Source of the DNA: an uncultured Collinsella sp.
GTDB lineage: Bacteria; Actinomycetota; Coriobacteriia; Coriobacteriales; Coriobacteriaceae
DNA: 64,000 nt
Direction of reading: 5' to 3'
NCBI GenBank assembly: GCA_959601045.1
Contig: CAUGNZ010000002.1
Coordinates: 23,420 to 87,419 of the forward strand
Position numbers and translations under genes: made by a program. Positions 9,106-19,145 of the stretch are shown here, piece by piece. Numbering within the stretch: the first letter of the stretch is position 1; each line of letters begins with the position of its first letter. The notes beneath the pieces are model-generated. The model searched no databases. It was not told the origin of the DNA and saw nothing but the letters and a program-made list of their open reading frames with translations.

Positions 9106-9909
9106 ATGGCCTATGCAACAACCCGAGCTTTCGCCGATGAGCGGCGTGCCGCCATCATGGAGATGCTCGAACATAACGCCTCGGTGCAAGTGGCAGAAAT
9201 CGCCCAGACCTTTGGCGTGTCCTCCGTTACCGCCCGTGCCGACCTAGACGCGCTCGCCGAGTCCGGCAAGCTGCGCCGCACGCATGGTGGCGCTGTGTCG
9301 CTCCAGAAGCGGCTGACCGTATCCACCCAGGATCGCCGCATCAACGTTAATGTCGCCGCCAAGCAGGCCATTGCCCAAAGCGCTATCAGGCTTGTTAACG
9401 ACGGCGACACGGTGCTTGTCGACTCCGGCACCACCGCTCTCGAGTTTGTCCGCCTGCTCGACCAGCGCGATGGCATCACCGTCATCACGGCCGACATTAC
9501 CATTGCCGATTACATCGACGAGAGCATGCCCTCAGTCGATGTCGTCATGCTGGGCGGGGCACTGCGCAAAGGCCATCGCTATCTGTACGGCCCACTTACC
9601 ATGCAGGCGCTCCAAATGGTCCACGCCGATCTTGCCGTCATGTGCCCTGGCGCTTTCGTTCCCGGCTGCGGCTTTACCACCGACTTTCCCCAGATGGCTG
9701 AGACCAAAACGGCCATGATTGGCGCCGCCCGCCAAAGCGTGGCCCTCATGGACGCCAGCAAGGTCAACGGACGGGGCATGTACCGCTTTGCCGAGCTGAC
9801 CGACGTCAACGCCATCGTGATGGACCGTGACCCCGATCACGCCGTCGCCACCTCAATCGCCGAGATCGTCGACAACGCCCGCCCAAATCTCCTCATCGCC
9901 GGCGCTTAA
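9106..9909 (+). CDS. DeoR-family transcriptional regulator
   Basis: 267 aa. N-terminal DeoR HTH (RRAAIMEMLEHNASVQVAEIAQTFGVSSVTARADLDAL) and a C-terminal sugar-phosphate sensor domain. Divergent from the aldolase gene. Confidence 0.88.
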   Translation: MAYATTRAFADERRAAIMEMLEHNASVQVAEIAQTFGVSSVTARADLDALAESGKLRRTHGGAVSLQKRLTVSTQDRRINVNVAAKQAIAQSAIRLVNDGDTVLVDSGTTALEFVRLLDQRDGITVITADITIADYIDESMPSVDVVMLGGALRKGHRYLYGPLTMQALQMVHADLAVMCPGAFVPGCGFTTDFPQMAETKTAMIGAARQSVALMDASKVNGRGMYRFAELTDVNAIVMDRDPDHAVATSIAEIVDNARPNLLIAGA

Positions 9910-9913
9910 ACAA

Positions 9914-9953
9914 AAACCACCACAAAGGTTCACCGTCCCCTTTGTGGTGGTTT
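9914..9953. terminator. Bidirectional hairpin terminator
   Basis: AAACCACCACAAAGG ... CCTTTGTGGTGGTTT. Confidence 0.75.
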
Positions 9954-9976
9954 GAGCGTTAAACGTGAACGTATCG

Positions 9977-11137
9977 CTACTTGGAGAGCTCGTCAGCGAG
10001 GGCCTCGATCTGAGCGCGCGAGGCGTCGTTGAGCGAACCCAGGACGGTTACCTTGTTCTGCGTCAGGGTGATGTCCTTCATACCCTCGAGCTCCTTGGTC
10101 ATAATCTTGGCAGCTGCGGGCGCCCAGGAGCCGCCCTCGACGAGCGCCACCGTACGGTTCTGGTAGGCATGCTCGGCAAGCGTATGGATAAAGGTGCTCA
10201 TGAATGGGAAGATCTCGCCCTGATAGGTAATGGAAGCGAGTACCAGACGGTCATAGCGGAACGCGTCCTCAACGGCCTCGGCCATGTCGTCGCGAGCCAA
10301 GTCAAAGACGGAAACCTTCTGGCCGCGAGCCTCGAGCGCAGATGCAAGCTCCTCAACGGCAGCCTTCAGATGGCCGTAGACGCTCGCGTAGGCAATGGTG
10401 ATGCCCTCGTCCTCGGGCTGATAGCTCGACCAGGTGTTGTAGGTGTCGAGGTAGTAGCCCAGGTTCTCGGTCAGCACGGGGCCATGGAGCGGGCAGATGA
10501 TCTGGATGTCCAAATCGGCGGCCTTCTTGAGCACGGCCTGCACAAACTTGCCGAACTTGCCCACGATGCCAAAGTAGTAACGGCGCGCCTCGCAGGCCCA
10601 CCCTTCCGGATCCTCGATGTCGTTGGCGCCAAACTTGCCAAAGCCGTCGGCACTAAAGAGCACCTTGTCGGTAGCCTCGTAGGAGAAGAGTACCTCGGGC
10701 CAGTGAACGTTGGGGGCGCCGACAAAGGTCAGGCTGTGGCCACCTAGATCAAGCACGTCGCCCTCTTTGACAACCATCTTGCGCTCGGGGAAGTCGGTGC
10801 CAAAGTAGTTGACCATCATGCGGAAGGCGCCCATGCTTGCCACAATCTGCGCCTGGGGATAGCGCTCCATAAAGGCGGCGATACCGGCGGAGTGATCGGG
10901 CTCCATGTGATGGATGACCAGGTAGTCGGGCGTGCGGCCGTCGAGTACGGTCTCGAGGTTGCCGAGCCACTCGTCGACAAATCCGCCATCGACCGAATCG
11001 GCGACAGCGATCTTCTCGCCCAAGATAACGTAGCTGTTGTATGCCATACCGTTCTCGGACACGTCGTACTGGCCCTCGAACAGGTCGATGTCATGATCGT
11101 CAACGCCAATGTAGCGGATATCCTTGGTGATCTCCAT
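9977..11137 (-). CDS. Flavodiiron protein (FprA-type: metallo-beta-lactamase fold plus flavodoxin domain)
   Basis: HHMEPDHSG di-iron motif and a C-terminal flavodoxin-like domain. The start is at ATG 11137 after AGGAGG. Confidence 0.85.
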   Translation of the reverse strand: MEITKDIRYIGVDDHDIDLFEGQYDVSENGMAYNSYVILGEKIAVADSVDGGFVDEWLGNLETVLDGRTPDYLVIHHMEPDHSAGIAAFMERYPQAQIVASMGAFRMMVNYFGTDFPERKMVVKEGDVLDLGGHSLTFVGAPNVHWPEVLFSYEATDKVLFSADGFGKFGANDIEDPEGWACEARRYYFGIVGKFGKFVQAVLKKAADLDIQIICPLHGPVLTENLGYYLDTYNTWSSYQPEDEGITIAYASVYGHLKAAVEELASALEARGQKVSVFDLARDDMAEAVEDAFRYDRLVLASITYQGEIFPFMSTFIHTLAEHAYQNRTVALVEGGSWAPAAAKIMTKELEGMKDITLTQNKVTVLGSLNDASRAQIEALADELSK

Positions 11138-11266
11138 CAGGCAAAGCCTCCTAGATAGACAAATGAACCCGTCTATCATAGCACTCGCCTTCATAGTCAC
11201 GGCTATCTGCCGGCATCCTTACCGATTGTTATTGATATGCAACGCCGAGCCGTTGACCTGCGAAAA

Positions 11267-12298
11267 CTATGCGCGCGGCGCTGCCGTGGTGTGTCGAACG
11301 ATGAGCTGACCGGGAATACGAATGGCGACGGTTTTGTCCGATGCCCCCGCCTTGGGAACTGCGCGCTCGAACACCTCGCGCCCGCGCTGATGCAGATCGA
11401 ATCGAACGGTCGTGAGCTCGTTATGTGCGACAAAGTCGTCGAGCGAGTCATCGACGCCCACCACGCTCACGTCCTCGGGCACGCGCAAGCCGCTATCGCG
11501 CAGCGCGGCAATGGCGCCGTTTGCCATCTGGTCGTTTGCCGCGTAAATCGCCGTCATGGTGCGGTCGTGCTCAGCCAAGTACCGAGCGGCCTCGTAGCCG
11601 CTGTTGGCAGACCAGTCGCCCTCGAGTGGCGCCTGCGGCTTAATGTGCTTGCGCTCGAGTGCGTCCTGCCAGCCGGCGCGACGAAACTGTTCGTCAACCG
11701 AAAAGGACGGGCCACCGATAAAGCGAATCTGCTCGTGTCCCAGCTCAAACAGATGATCCATGAGCAGCAGCGAGCAACCGTAATGATCGGAGTCGACCGT
11801 AGTCACCCGCGGGTGCGCGTACATGGTAACGATAACCGTTCCAATGCCCGGCAACGGATCGAACGTCTCAAAATCGGGCGCTATGCGACTCATGCCGATG
11901 ATGATACCGTCCACGGGCAGCGCGGCCATACGACGCGTGGCCTCGGCAAGCGAAAACTCCTCGGTCTTGGACATCTCGACCAGCGTGATGGCGCAGCCGT
12001 GCTCGCGGGCCGCGCTGGCAATGCCGTCGATCATCGTCAGGTTGCCAAACTTGGTGACATCGTTGACGCACAGGCCGACCGAATGGTAACGACCATCGCG
12101 CAGCGAACGACCGGCATAACTCGGACGGAAGCCGAGCTCTTGCATCGCGGCCTGCACGCGCTGGCGCGTCTGCTCGTTAACGTTGGGCAAGCCGTTGGCG
12201 ACGCGCGAAACCGTCTGCTGCGAAACGCCAGCAGCGCGGGCGACGTCGGCCATGGAGACCGGACGCGTACCTGTATCGTTGGACGGGCGCCTTGCCAC
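11267..12298 (-). CDS. LacI-family transcriptional regulator
   Basis: HTH MADVARAAGVSQQTVSRVANG plus a periplasmic-binding-fold sugar domain. The start is uncertain (GTG 12298 or ATG 12253). Confidence 0.85.
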   Translation of the reverse strand: MARRPSNDTGTRPVSMADVARAAGVSQQTVSRVANGLPNVNEQTRQRVQAAMQELGFRPSYAGRSLRDGRYHSVGLCVNDVTKFGNLTMIDGIASAAREHGCAITLVEMSKTEEFSLAEATRRMAALPVDGIIIGMSRIAPDFETFDPLPGIGTVIVTMYAHPRVTTVDSDHYGCSLLLMDHLFELGHEQIRFIGGPSFSVDEQFRRAGWQDALERKHIKPQAPLEGDWSANSGYEAARYLAEHDRTMTAIYAANDQMANGAIAALRDSGLRVPEDVSVVGVDDSLDDFVAHNELTTVRFDLHQRGREVFERAVPKAGASDKTVAIRIPGQLIVRHTTAAPRA

Positions 12299-12390
12299 AG
12301 GATCACCTTCACCCTTGCGAGATCTGAATAGCGTGCATGCCGGCCCGGGCAGAAACACACCCCGCGCCGAAGCCCGCTATCGTCGGACGC

Positions 12391-12591
12391 ATGTTAACGT
12401 ACTCTACTTTTTCAATCCGCAACTCTTCTGCTCTATAAGTCCATACGGCAATACCGTTCACGGCTGAATTTCTACCGATTACCAGATTCTCAAAAAGTGA
12501 TAAGTGTTGTGCTATGAGTACGTTAACATAGCCCGTAACGTGCGGCATCGTAGATGCTGAGTTCACGCCGCTTCAGATTGTTAACGTACTC
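12391..12591. promoter_or_regulatory. Three copies of the 14-bp box (A/T)TGTTAACGTACTC in the lacI-galK divergent region (candidate LacI-type operators)
   Basis: ATGTTAACGTACTC at 12391-12404, its reverse complement at 12516-12529, and TTGTTAACGTACTC at 12578-12591. TACCGTTCACGG also occurs at 12452-12463. Confidence 0.5.
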
Positions 12592-12636
12592 ACTACGACG
12601 GAAAACTCGTCAGTATGCGCCAAGGAAAGGACCCTC

Positions 12637-13842
12637 ATGACCACCCCCGACGAAAAGACATTCGCCGCCCTCACCAAGCTGTTTGAGGAGGAGTTTGGCC
12701 CCATCGGCGATCGCCAGGTGCTCTATGTGCACGCGCCTGGCCGCTCCGAGATCAGCGGCAACCATACCGACCACGAGGGTGGCCACGTTATCGCCGGCTC
12801 GCTCGATGTCGCCGTTGACGGCATTGCCGTGGCGACCGACACCAACAAGATTCGCGTCGCCGACGAGGGCTATCCTACGTTTGAGATTACGCTCGACACG
12901 CTAGACGTTCAGGAGTCCGAGAAGGGCACGTCCGCAAGCCTCGTGCGCGGTATGGCCCACGAGGTCGCAGCGCTTGGTGTTGAGCCCCAGGGCTTCGACT
13001 TCGCCTTCACCTGCTCCGTCCCCTCGGGTGGCGGCCTTTCCAGCTCTGCCGCCGTCGAGGCCGCGTACGGTCGTGCCATGGAGACACTCTGGGGCGCGCC
13101 CGCCATTGAACCCGTCACGCTCGCTCAGATGAGCCAGCGCACCGAGAACAACTATTACGGCAAGCCCTGCGGTCTTATGGATCAGGCGGCTGTGTGCCTG
13201 GGCGGCCTCGCCTACATGGACTTTGAGGATCAGGCTCAGCCTAAGACCCAGAAGCTCGAGCTCAACTTTGAGGATCACGGCTATGCGCTCGTACTCGTTA
13301 AGGTCGGCGCCGACCACGTGGCCGCCACCGACGATTACGCTGCCGTTCCGCGCGAAATGCAAGACGTCGCCGCCGAGTTTGGCAAGGCACGCCTGTGCGA
13401 GGTCGACGTTGCCGACTTTGACGCCAAACTCCCCGAGCTGCGCGCCAAGCTGGGCGACCGCGCCTGCCTGCGCGCCGTTCACTACTGGTACGAGAACGGC
13501 CTGGTCGACAAGCGCTGGGCAGCGCTCAACGCCGGCGATATCGATCAGTTCCTGATCCTGACGCGCGAGTCCGGCGCCAGCTCCGCCATGTACCTGCAGA
13601 ATGTTGTTGCCAAGCTGGGATCTGAGCAGCCTTCCATGTATGCCCTGGCGCTGGCCGAGCACGTGCTCGACGGCCGCGGCGCCGTTCGCATTCACGGTGG
13701 CGGCTTTGGTGGCACCATCCAGGCCTTCGTGCCGCTCGACCTGGTCGACACCTTCATTGCCAAGATGAACGGCTGGCTGGGCGAGGCCTCTGCCCGCCAC
13801 TACGCCATCTCTGACAAGGGGGCTTACGCGGCATGGCTGTAA
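12637..13842 (+). CDS. galK: Galactokinase
   Basis: 401 aa. Galactokinase signature GRSEISGNHTDHEGG and GHMP motif PSGGGLSSSAA. AAGGAAAGGA RBS. Confidence 0.92.
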   Translation: MTTPDEKTFAALTKLFEEEFGPIGDRQVLYVHAPGRSEISGNHTDHEGGHVIAGSLDVAVDGIAVATDTNKIRVADEGYPTFEITLDTLDVQESEKGTSASLVRGMAHEVAALGVEPQGFDFAFTCSVPSGGGLSSSAAVEAAYGRAMETLWGAPAIEPVTLAQMSQRTENNYYGKPCGLMDQAAVCLGGLAYMDFEDQAQPKTQKLELNFEDHGYALVLVKVGADHVAATDDYAAVPREMQDVAAEFGKARLCEVDVADFDAKLPELRAKLGDRACLRAVHYWYENGLVDKRWAALNAGDIDQFLILTRESGASSAMYLQNVVAKLGSEQPSMYALALAEHVLDGRGAVRIHGGGFGGTIQAFVPLDLVDTFIAKMNGWLGEASARHYAISDKGAYAAWL

Positions 13843-15461
13843 TGACCGACGTGCGCGAGGCCGCGCAGAACCTGATCGAGTACGCTATCCATCGATCGAT
13901 GATCGGACAGGACGATCGCATCTGGGCCTACAACACCATTTTGGAGTGCATCGGTGCTACGGGCCCGGCGCTCGATATGGCCTGGGCGCTCCAGGTTGAG
14001 AAACTCTCGCTCTTGCACCCCGATACCCTGCCCGACTTTGACCTTGAAGGCACGCTTGCCGCGCTTGCCGAGACTGCCGTTGCCAACGGTGCTGCCGAGG
14101 ACACGGCGTCGGGCCGCGATCGCATCGCCATGCGCATCATGGGCGCGCTCATGCCGAGGCCTTCGGTTGTAAACGAGGAATTCAATGGGCGTATGGGCGT
14201 CAACGAGCCCCGTGCCGCGACCGACTGGTTCTACGGCCTGTGCTGCGACGCCGGCTACGTGCGCCGTGCCGCCATCGCGCGCAACATCAAATGGAGCACC
14301 CCCACCAACTGGGGCGATCTTGAGATCACCATCAACCTGTCCAAGCCCGAGAAGGACCCGCGCGATATCGCCGCGGCAGGTGCAGCTAAGAACACGGACG
14401 AGAAGTATCCCGCCTGCCAGCTCTGCATCGAAAACGAGGGCTATCCCGGACGCTCCGCCGCAGCCGACGGCGGAGCTCACCCCGCCCGCCAGAATCTGCG
14501 CGTTATCCCCATCCAGCTCGACGGCGAGCGCTGGGGCTTCCAGTACAGCCCGTACGCGTACTTTAACGAGCACTGCATTGCCATGAGCTCCGAGCATCGC
14601 CCGATGCACGTCGACCGTAAGGGACTGACCTGCCTGCTCGATTTTGTGGACCTGTTCCCGCACTACTTTATTGGCTCCAACGCCGACCTGCCCATCGTGG
14701 GCGGCTCGATTCTTTCGCACGACCACTTCCAGGGCGGCGCGCACGAGTTCCCCATGATGCATGCCGCCGAGGTCTCGCAGTTTCGCGTGCCCGGCTTTGA
14801 CCAGGTCAGCGGCACCGTGCTGCAGTGGCCGCTTTCGGTGCTGCGCCTGCGCTCGCATGACCGCGCTCAGCTGCTCGATGCCGCCGAGAAGATTATCCTC
14901 GCCTGGCGCGAGTGGAGCGATGAGTCGGCTGGCGTCATCGCGCACACAGCCGATGGCGTGGCGCACAACACCGTGACGCCCGTCATCCGCCGCGTCGACT
15001 CCCGCGGCAATGCCGGAGGCGAGATCTACGAGGCCTACTTGGCGCTTCGCTGCAACATCACGACCGACGAGCATCCGCTGGGTGTGTTCCACCCGCATGC
15101 CGAGTACCACCATATTAAAAAGGAGAACATCGGCTTGATCGAGGTCATGGGCCTGGCCATTCTGCCGCCGCGCTTGGTTCCCGAGCTCGGCGCTGTCCGC
15201 GAGCACCTGCTGGCGGCCAAGGCCGATGTCAGCTACGATCTCGCCGGCTCGCTCGAGGGCGATGATCTTTGCCGCAGCCACGCCGCATGGGCCGAGGACG
15301 TTTTTGTCCGCCGCGCCGACGAGCTTACGGCCGACAACGCCATCGATATCCTGCACGAGGAGGTCGGCGTGGTGTTTGGCCACGTGCTCGACAACGCCGG
15401 CGTCTTTAAGTGGGACGAAGCCGGCCGCGCCGCCCAACAGCGCTTTATCGACTCACTGTAG
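13833..15461 (+). CDS. galT: UDP-glucose--hexose-1-phosphate uridylyltransferase (long Gram-positive-type GalT)
   Basis: 542 aa. Overlaps the galK stop by 10 nt. Carries the ...SHDHFQGG... motif typical of type 2 GalT. Confidence 0.88.
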   Translation: MAVMTDVREAAQNLIEYAIHRSMIGQDDRIWAYNTILECIGATGPALDMAWALQVEKLSLLHPDTLPDFDLEGTLAALAETAVANGAAEDTASGRDRIAMRIMGALMPRPSVVNEEFNGRMGVNEPRAATDWFYGLCCDAGYVRRAAIARNIKWSTPTNWGDLEITINLSKPEKDPRDIAAAGAAKNTDEKYPACQLCIENEGYPGRSAAADGGAHPARQNLRVIPIQLDGERWGFQYSPYAYFNEHCIAMSSEHRPMHVDRKGLTCLLDFVDLFPHYFIGSNADLPIVGGSILSHDHFQGGAHEFPMMHAAEVSQFRVPGFDQVSGTVLQWPLSVLRLRSHDRAQLLDAAEKIILAWREWSDESAGVIAHTADGVAHNTVTPVIRRVDSRGNAGGEIYEAYLALRCNITTDEHPLGVFHPHAEYHHIKKENIGLIEVMGLAILPPRLVPELGAVREHLLAAKADVSYDLAGSLEGDDLCRSHAAWAEDVFVRRADELTADNAIDILHEEVGVVFGHVLDNAGVFKWDEAGRAAQQRFIDSL

Positions 15462-15522
15462 CATACGAGTTCGAGCCTCATCAGCGGCCACGACATAACC
15501 GCCCACACGACAACGGCGCCCG

Positions 15523-15551
15523 CCGGCAACATCGCCGTCGGGCGCCGTTTT
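15523..15551 (+). terminator. Hairpin terminator after galT
   Basis: ACGGCGCCCG ... CGGGCGCCGTTTT. Confidence 0.75.
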
Positions 15552-15573
15552 CGAGTGTTCGGTGCCGCTACTC

Positions 15574-16509
15574 CTAGAGGTCAGTCACGAAAACGTTGTT
15601 GAAGATTTCATCCCAGCGGTCCATGACCAGATGGCCGGTCTTGGGATCCATGGCGTTGAGCTTACCGCAGGTATTGGCGGTCTTGAGCACCGTGACGTCG
15701 TCGGCACCAGCAGCAATGGCATGCGCAAAACCGGCGATGGTCGAGTCGCCGGAACCCGTTGCGTTCACAGCCGCAATCGCGGGCGTCTTGGCGCGGAACG
15801 CGCGACCCTCATGGAAGCCCACCGAACCGGCAGCGCCCATCGAAACGACAACCCAGGGAATACCGGCAAAGCGGCCATCGGCGGCAAGCGCCTCGCGCAG
15901 GGCATCGACATCATCGGTCGTAAAGGACGTACCCAGTAGGCCGTTAATCTCGGTCAGGTTGGGCTTTACGAGCTCGGGCTTGGCATCGGACTCCAGCGCT
16001 GCCTCCAGCGATTCACCCGAGGTGTCGAGCAGCACCTTGGCGCCCGCCTCCTCGGCGATCTTGACGAGCTCGGCATAGTAGCCGGCATCGACGCCACGCG
16101 GCAGCGAGCCCGAAAGCGTCACGACGTCCGCCTTCGCTGCAAGCTCGGCGAACTTGGCCGTAAAGGCCTCGAGCTCGGCCGGGGCGATTTGCGGGCCGCT
16201 CTCCAGCAGCTCGGTCTGATTACCCTCGTGCAGAATATTCAGGCAAATGCGCGTCTCACCGGCGATGGGCACAAAGTCGTTCTTGACGCCGTCGGCATCC
16301 ATAAGCTCGGCCATATAGGCACCCATGTGGCCGCCAAGCAGACCAGTCGCGAGCACGTCGTCTCCCAGTTGCAGCAGCACGCGGCTCACGTTGAGGCCCT
16401 TGCCGCCAGCGGTCTTTTCGGGCGTCACACGGTTAACGTCGTCAATGACCAGCTTGTCGAGCTGATAGCGCGTATCAATCGACGGGTTCATGGTAACGGT
16501 CAGAATCAT
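15574..16509 (-). CDS. lacC: Tagatose-6-phosphate kinase / 1-phosphofructokinase family (PfkB)
   Basis: MILTVTMNPSIDTRY... N-terminus and the GSGDSTIAGF ATP-site motif. ATG 16509 follows GGAG. Confidence 0.88.
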   Translation of the reverse strand: MILTVTMNPSIDTRYQLDKLVIDDVNRVTPEKTAGGKGLNVSRVLLQLGDDVLATGLLGGHMGAYMAELMDADGVKNDFVPIAGETRICLNILHEGNQTELLESGPQIAPAELEAFTAKFAELAAKADVVTLSGSLPRGVDAGYYAELVKIAEEAGAKVLLDTSGESLEAALESDAKPELVKPNLTEINGLLGTSFTTDDVDALREALAADGRFAGIPWVVVSMGAAGSVGFHEGRAFRAKTPAIAAVNATGSGDSTIAGFAHAIAAGADDVTVLKTANTCGKLNAMDPKTGHLVMDRWDEIFNNVFVTDL

Positions 16510-16562
16510 ATTGAACTCCTGTTCCGGGGCGGCATGACCCACCCCAAACATACGATAGCTCG

Positions 16563-17444
16563 TTAAAGGATCTCGATCTCAAAACCGCGAATGACGGTCT
16601 CCCCCGGCTTGGCAACCAGGCAGCCACGCTTGTGCTCCAGAATATCGTCCTCATCGGAGCAGGTAGACAGGCCGCCCCACGGTTCCACGGCCACAAAGTC
16701 GCCCTCGGGCTTGCTCCACACAATCAGGTATGGCATATCAGGGAACGTCAGGCGCACGCCCTTGTCCTCGGTTTTCTTGGTCAGCGTAACCACGCGGCTC
16801 TCGAGCACGTCAAAGATGGTCTCCGCGAAGTCGAAGAGTTCGTGGGTAAGCGGCAGGTTCTGGTCGATCATGGGGTTCTTACTGCGATGCTCAACATCAA
16901 TCAGGCCCGTCGAGGGAACGGCAGTACAGAGCTCGGCGGCCTCACGCTGATCAAAACGAAGCTCATAGTCGTCATAGGACTCGCCCTCGTCGAGCGGGCA
17001 CTTAAAGCCGGGGTGGCCACCCACAAAAAACGGCATGTCCTCGGTGCCCTCATTGGTCACCTCGTACGACACGGCCACCTTTTCCGAATCGACCTTGTAG
17101 CGAGCAACGATCTTAAACGGATACGGGTACTGCTCGAGCAACTCGGCATGGTCGGCAGAGCTTAGGCTCAACGCAGCCATGTTGTCGCTCTGCTCCTCGA
17201 GCTTCCACTCCTGCTTGCGGGCAAAGCCGTGGCGGGCAAGCTTGACCTCGCGGCCACCCATGGTCATTGCGTGACCGTCACGAAGGCCGCCGCAAATCGG
17301 AAAGCAAATGGGTGCCTGGCCCGACCAGACCGAAGGATCGCCCTGCCACAGGTACTCGCGACCGTTGGCTTTAATCGAAGTGAACGATCCGCCAGCCGTG
17401 CTCAGTGCCACACGAATAGAACCGTTATCAAGAACAAACTCCAT
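16563..17444 (-). CDS. lacX: Aldose 1-epimerase-family protein (LacX-like)
   Basis: 293 aa with a mutarotase-fold pattern (ICFPICGG, GGHPGF). It sits between lacB and lacC, as LacX does in lactococcal lac operons. Confidence 0.8.
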   Translation of the reverse strand: MEFVLDNGSIRVALSTAGGSFTSIKANGREYLWQGDPSVWSGQAPICFPICGGLRDGHAMTMGGREVKLARHGFARKQEWKLEEQSDNMAALSLSSADHAELLEQYPYPFKIVARYKVDSEKVAVSYEVTNEGTEDMPFFVGGHPGFKCPLDEGESYDDYELRFDQREAAELCTAVPSTGLIDVEHRSKNPMIDQNLPLTHELFDFAETIFDVLESRVVTLTKKTEDKGVRLTFPDMPYLIVWSKPEGDFVAVEPWGGLSTCSDEDDILEHKRGCLVAKPGETVIRGFEIEIL

Positions 17445-17821
17445 AGGAGCCTTCCCTTTCGTACGCCAGCCCGCCAAGTCAATAGGGCTGATAGAAAACC
17501 GGCCCGCGCCCCCTCACAGAAACGCGAGCCGTCAATTGAAAAGCTGCAGAATGCCGGGGACCGCCAAGAGCGAAGCACTCAAGCCAAGCAAGCAAACGTG
17601 TTATCGGAGCAGCTAGCTGTACCAGAAAGCTTCGCAACAACAAGGGCAACCCCACAGGCACCCTCAGCGTCAGCGAGCGGCGCTCAGGTGCCCCAGGTCG
17701 CCGCGAAAGAGGAGCGACGCGTACTTCATGTACGCGAGCGACGGTTTGAGCGGCGAGATGGGGTGCCTGGGGGCCGCGCAGCGTCGACCGATCCGGCGTT
17801 TGTTAAAACGCCGGAACCCCC

Positions 17822-18346
17822 TTAGTCGTGATACTCGCCGCGGTCCCACTTCTCGAGGAACTCGTCAAAGAAGTGCGGGTCAGCCTGAGCCTCGGCGTCG
17901 GCCTTATTGCAAGCGTCAATCTTGGCGATCAGGGCGTCGTGCTCGGGAGTCTTCTCGTAGGGCTCCTCCAGGAAGGCAAGCATAATGTCGGCCATCAGGA
18001 ACTCACCGGTGATCTTACCGCCAAAGCCCACGATGTTGGCGTTGAGCTCGCGACGGGCATACAGGGCAGAGGTCATGTCGCGAACCAGGGCGCAGCGAGC
18101 GCCGGGAACCTTGTTGACGGCGTTGGTGATGCCGATGCCGGTGCCGCACAGGGCCACGCCAAAGTCGGCCTTGCCGCTGGCAACAGCCTCGCCCACGGCC
18201 TTACCATAGATGGGATAGTGCGTACGGGTGTGGCTGTAGGTGCCGCAGTCGAGCACCTTGTAGCCAGCCTGCTCCAGGCGGTCGGCCAGATAGATCTTCT
18301 CGTCCGTAACGATATGGTCGCAACCGATTGCGATGGTCTTCTTCAT
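17822..18346 (-). CDS. lacB: Galactose-6-phosphate isomerase subunit LacB (RpiB/LacA/LacB family)
   Basis: 174 aa, [17 protein letters not shown]...CGTGIGI. Confidence 0.9.
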   Translation of the reverse strand: MKKTIAIGCDHIVTDEKIYLADRLEQAGYKVLDCGTYSHTRTHYPIYGKAVGEAVASGKADFGVALCGTGIGITNAVNKVPGARCALVRDMTSALYARRELNANIVGFGGKITGEFLMADIMLAFLEEPYEKTPEHDALIAKIDACNKADAEAQADPHFFDEFLEKWDRGEYHD

Positions 18347-18409
18347 CAGAACGTCCTTTCGTCTGAATTCACAAGTTGAGGTAGAAGTTCGAGTTCTCGG
18401 TGGCTCTCG

Positions 18410-18838
18410 TTAGGCCATCTTGTTGAGCATGTCGACACGGATCTGGTGACGGCCGCCGGCGTACTGAGCGCGCAGGAACTCGCGGGCGATCTTCTTGGCG
18501 ACCTCGGTGCCCACAACGCCCGGGCCCATGGTGACCATGCGTGAGCCGTTGTGCTCGCGGGTCATGTAGGCGGAACGCTCGTCGGAAATGTTGGCGACGA
18601 CCATGCCCTTGATCTTGACGGCGGCCATATAGGAGCCGACGCCGTACTTATCGAATGCGAAGCCCTGGGAATCCTTGTGCTCCAGCAGGTCCTTGGCAAC
18701 GGCGGTCGCGGAATCGACAAAGTCCGCAGCAGGGGTCTCGGAATAGTCGACGACCTCGTGACCGTCGGCGATGAGCATCTCCTTGATGGACTCCTTCATC
18801 GACATACCGTCGGCATCGGAAGCGATTACAACCCTCAT
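18410..18838 (-). CDS. lacA: Galactose-6-phosphate isomerase subunit LacA
   Basis: 142 aa from the RpiB/LacA family, immediately upstream of lacB. Confidence 0.9.
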   Translation of the reverse strand: MRVVIASDADGMSMKESIKEMLIADGHEVVDYSETPAADFVDSATAVAKDLLEHKDSQGFAFDKYGVGSYMAAVKIKGMVVANISDERSAYMTREHNGSRMVTMGPGVVGTEVAKKIAREFLRAQYAGGRHQIRVDMLNKMA

Positions 18839-18947
18839 GACATCCTCCTTGAGAGATACGCAGGTGCGTAGTTTCTGTTTGGAAGTGTTGAATCGCGCTC
18901 AGGTCCGGGCATCTGAATGTGCGGTTCTTCACTGTTCATGTTTATTT

Positions 18948-19020
18948 GAACACATTCGAACATCGGGTGCAACCATTATTTGTTTATCTTTGTTCTTTTT
19001 TGAACAAATACCGTTCACGG
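18948..19020. promoter_or_regulatory. Candidate operator cluster upstream of lacA: GAACA direct repeat plus a TACCGTTCACGG box
   Basis: GAACACATTCGAACAT at 18948-18963 (two GAACA boxes, 10-bp phase). TACCGTTCACGG at 19009-19020. Confidence 0.45.
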
Positions 19021-19076
19021 TTGATTGCCGACCGTTTGAGCCCGGCGCAGACGTAGCGACCATGTGTTCAACAGAC

Positions 19077-19114
19077 AAAAGGGCGGCCGAGAACGTGTCT
19101 CGGCCGCCCTTCTT
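19077..19114 (-). terminator. Hairpin terminator after the membrane-protein gene
   Basis: GGGCGGCCGAG ... CTCGGCCGCCC with a T-run on the minus strand. Confidence 0.75.
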
Positions 19115-19145
19115 ACGGTTGATCTTCCAAAGATCGCTTTGCCGC

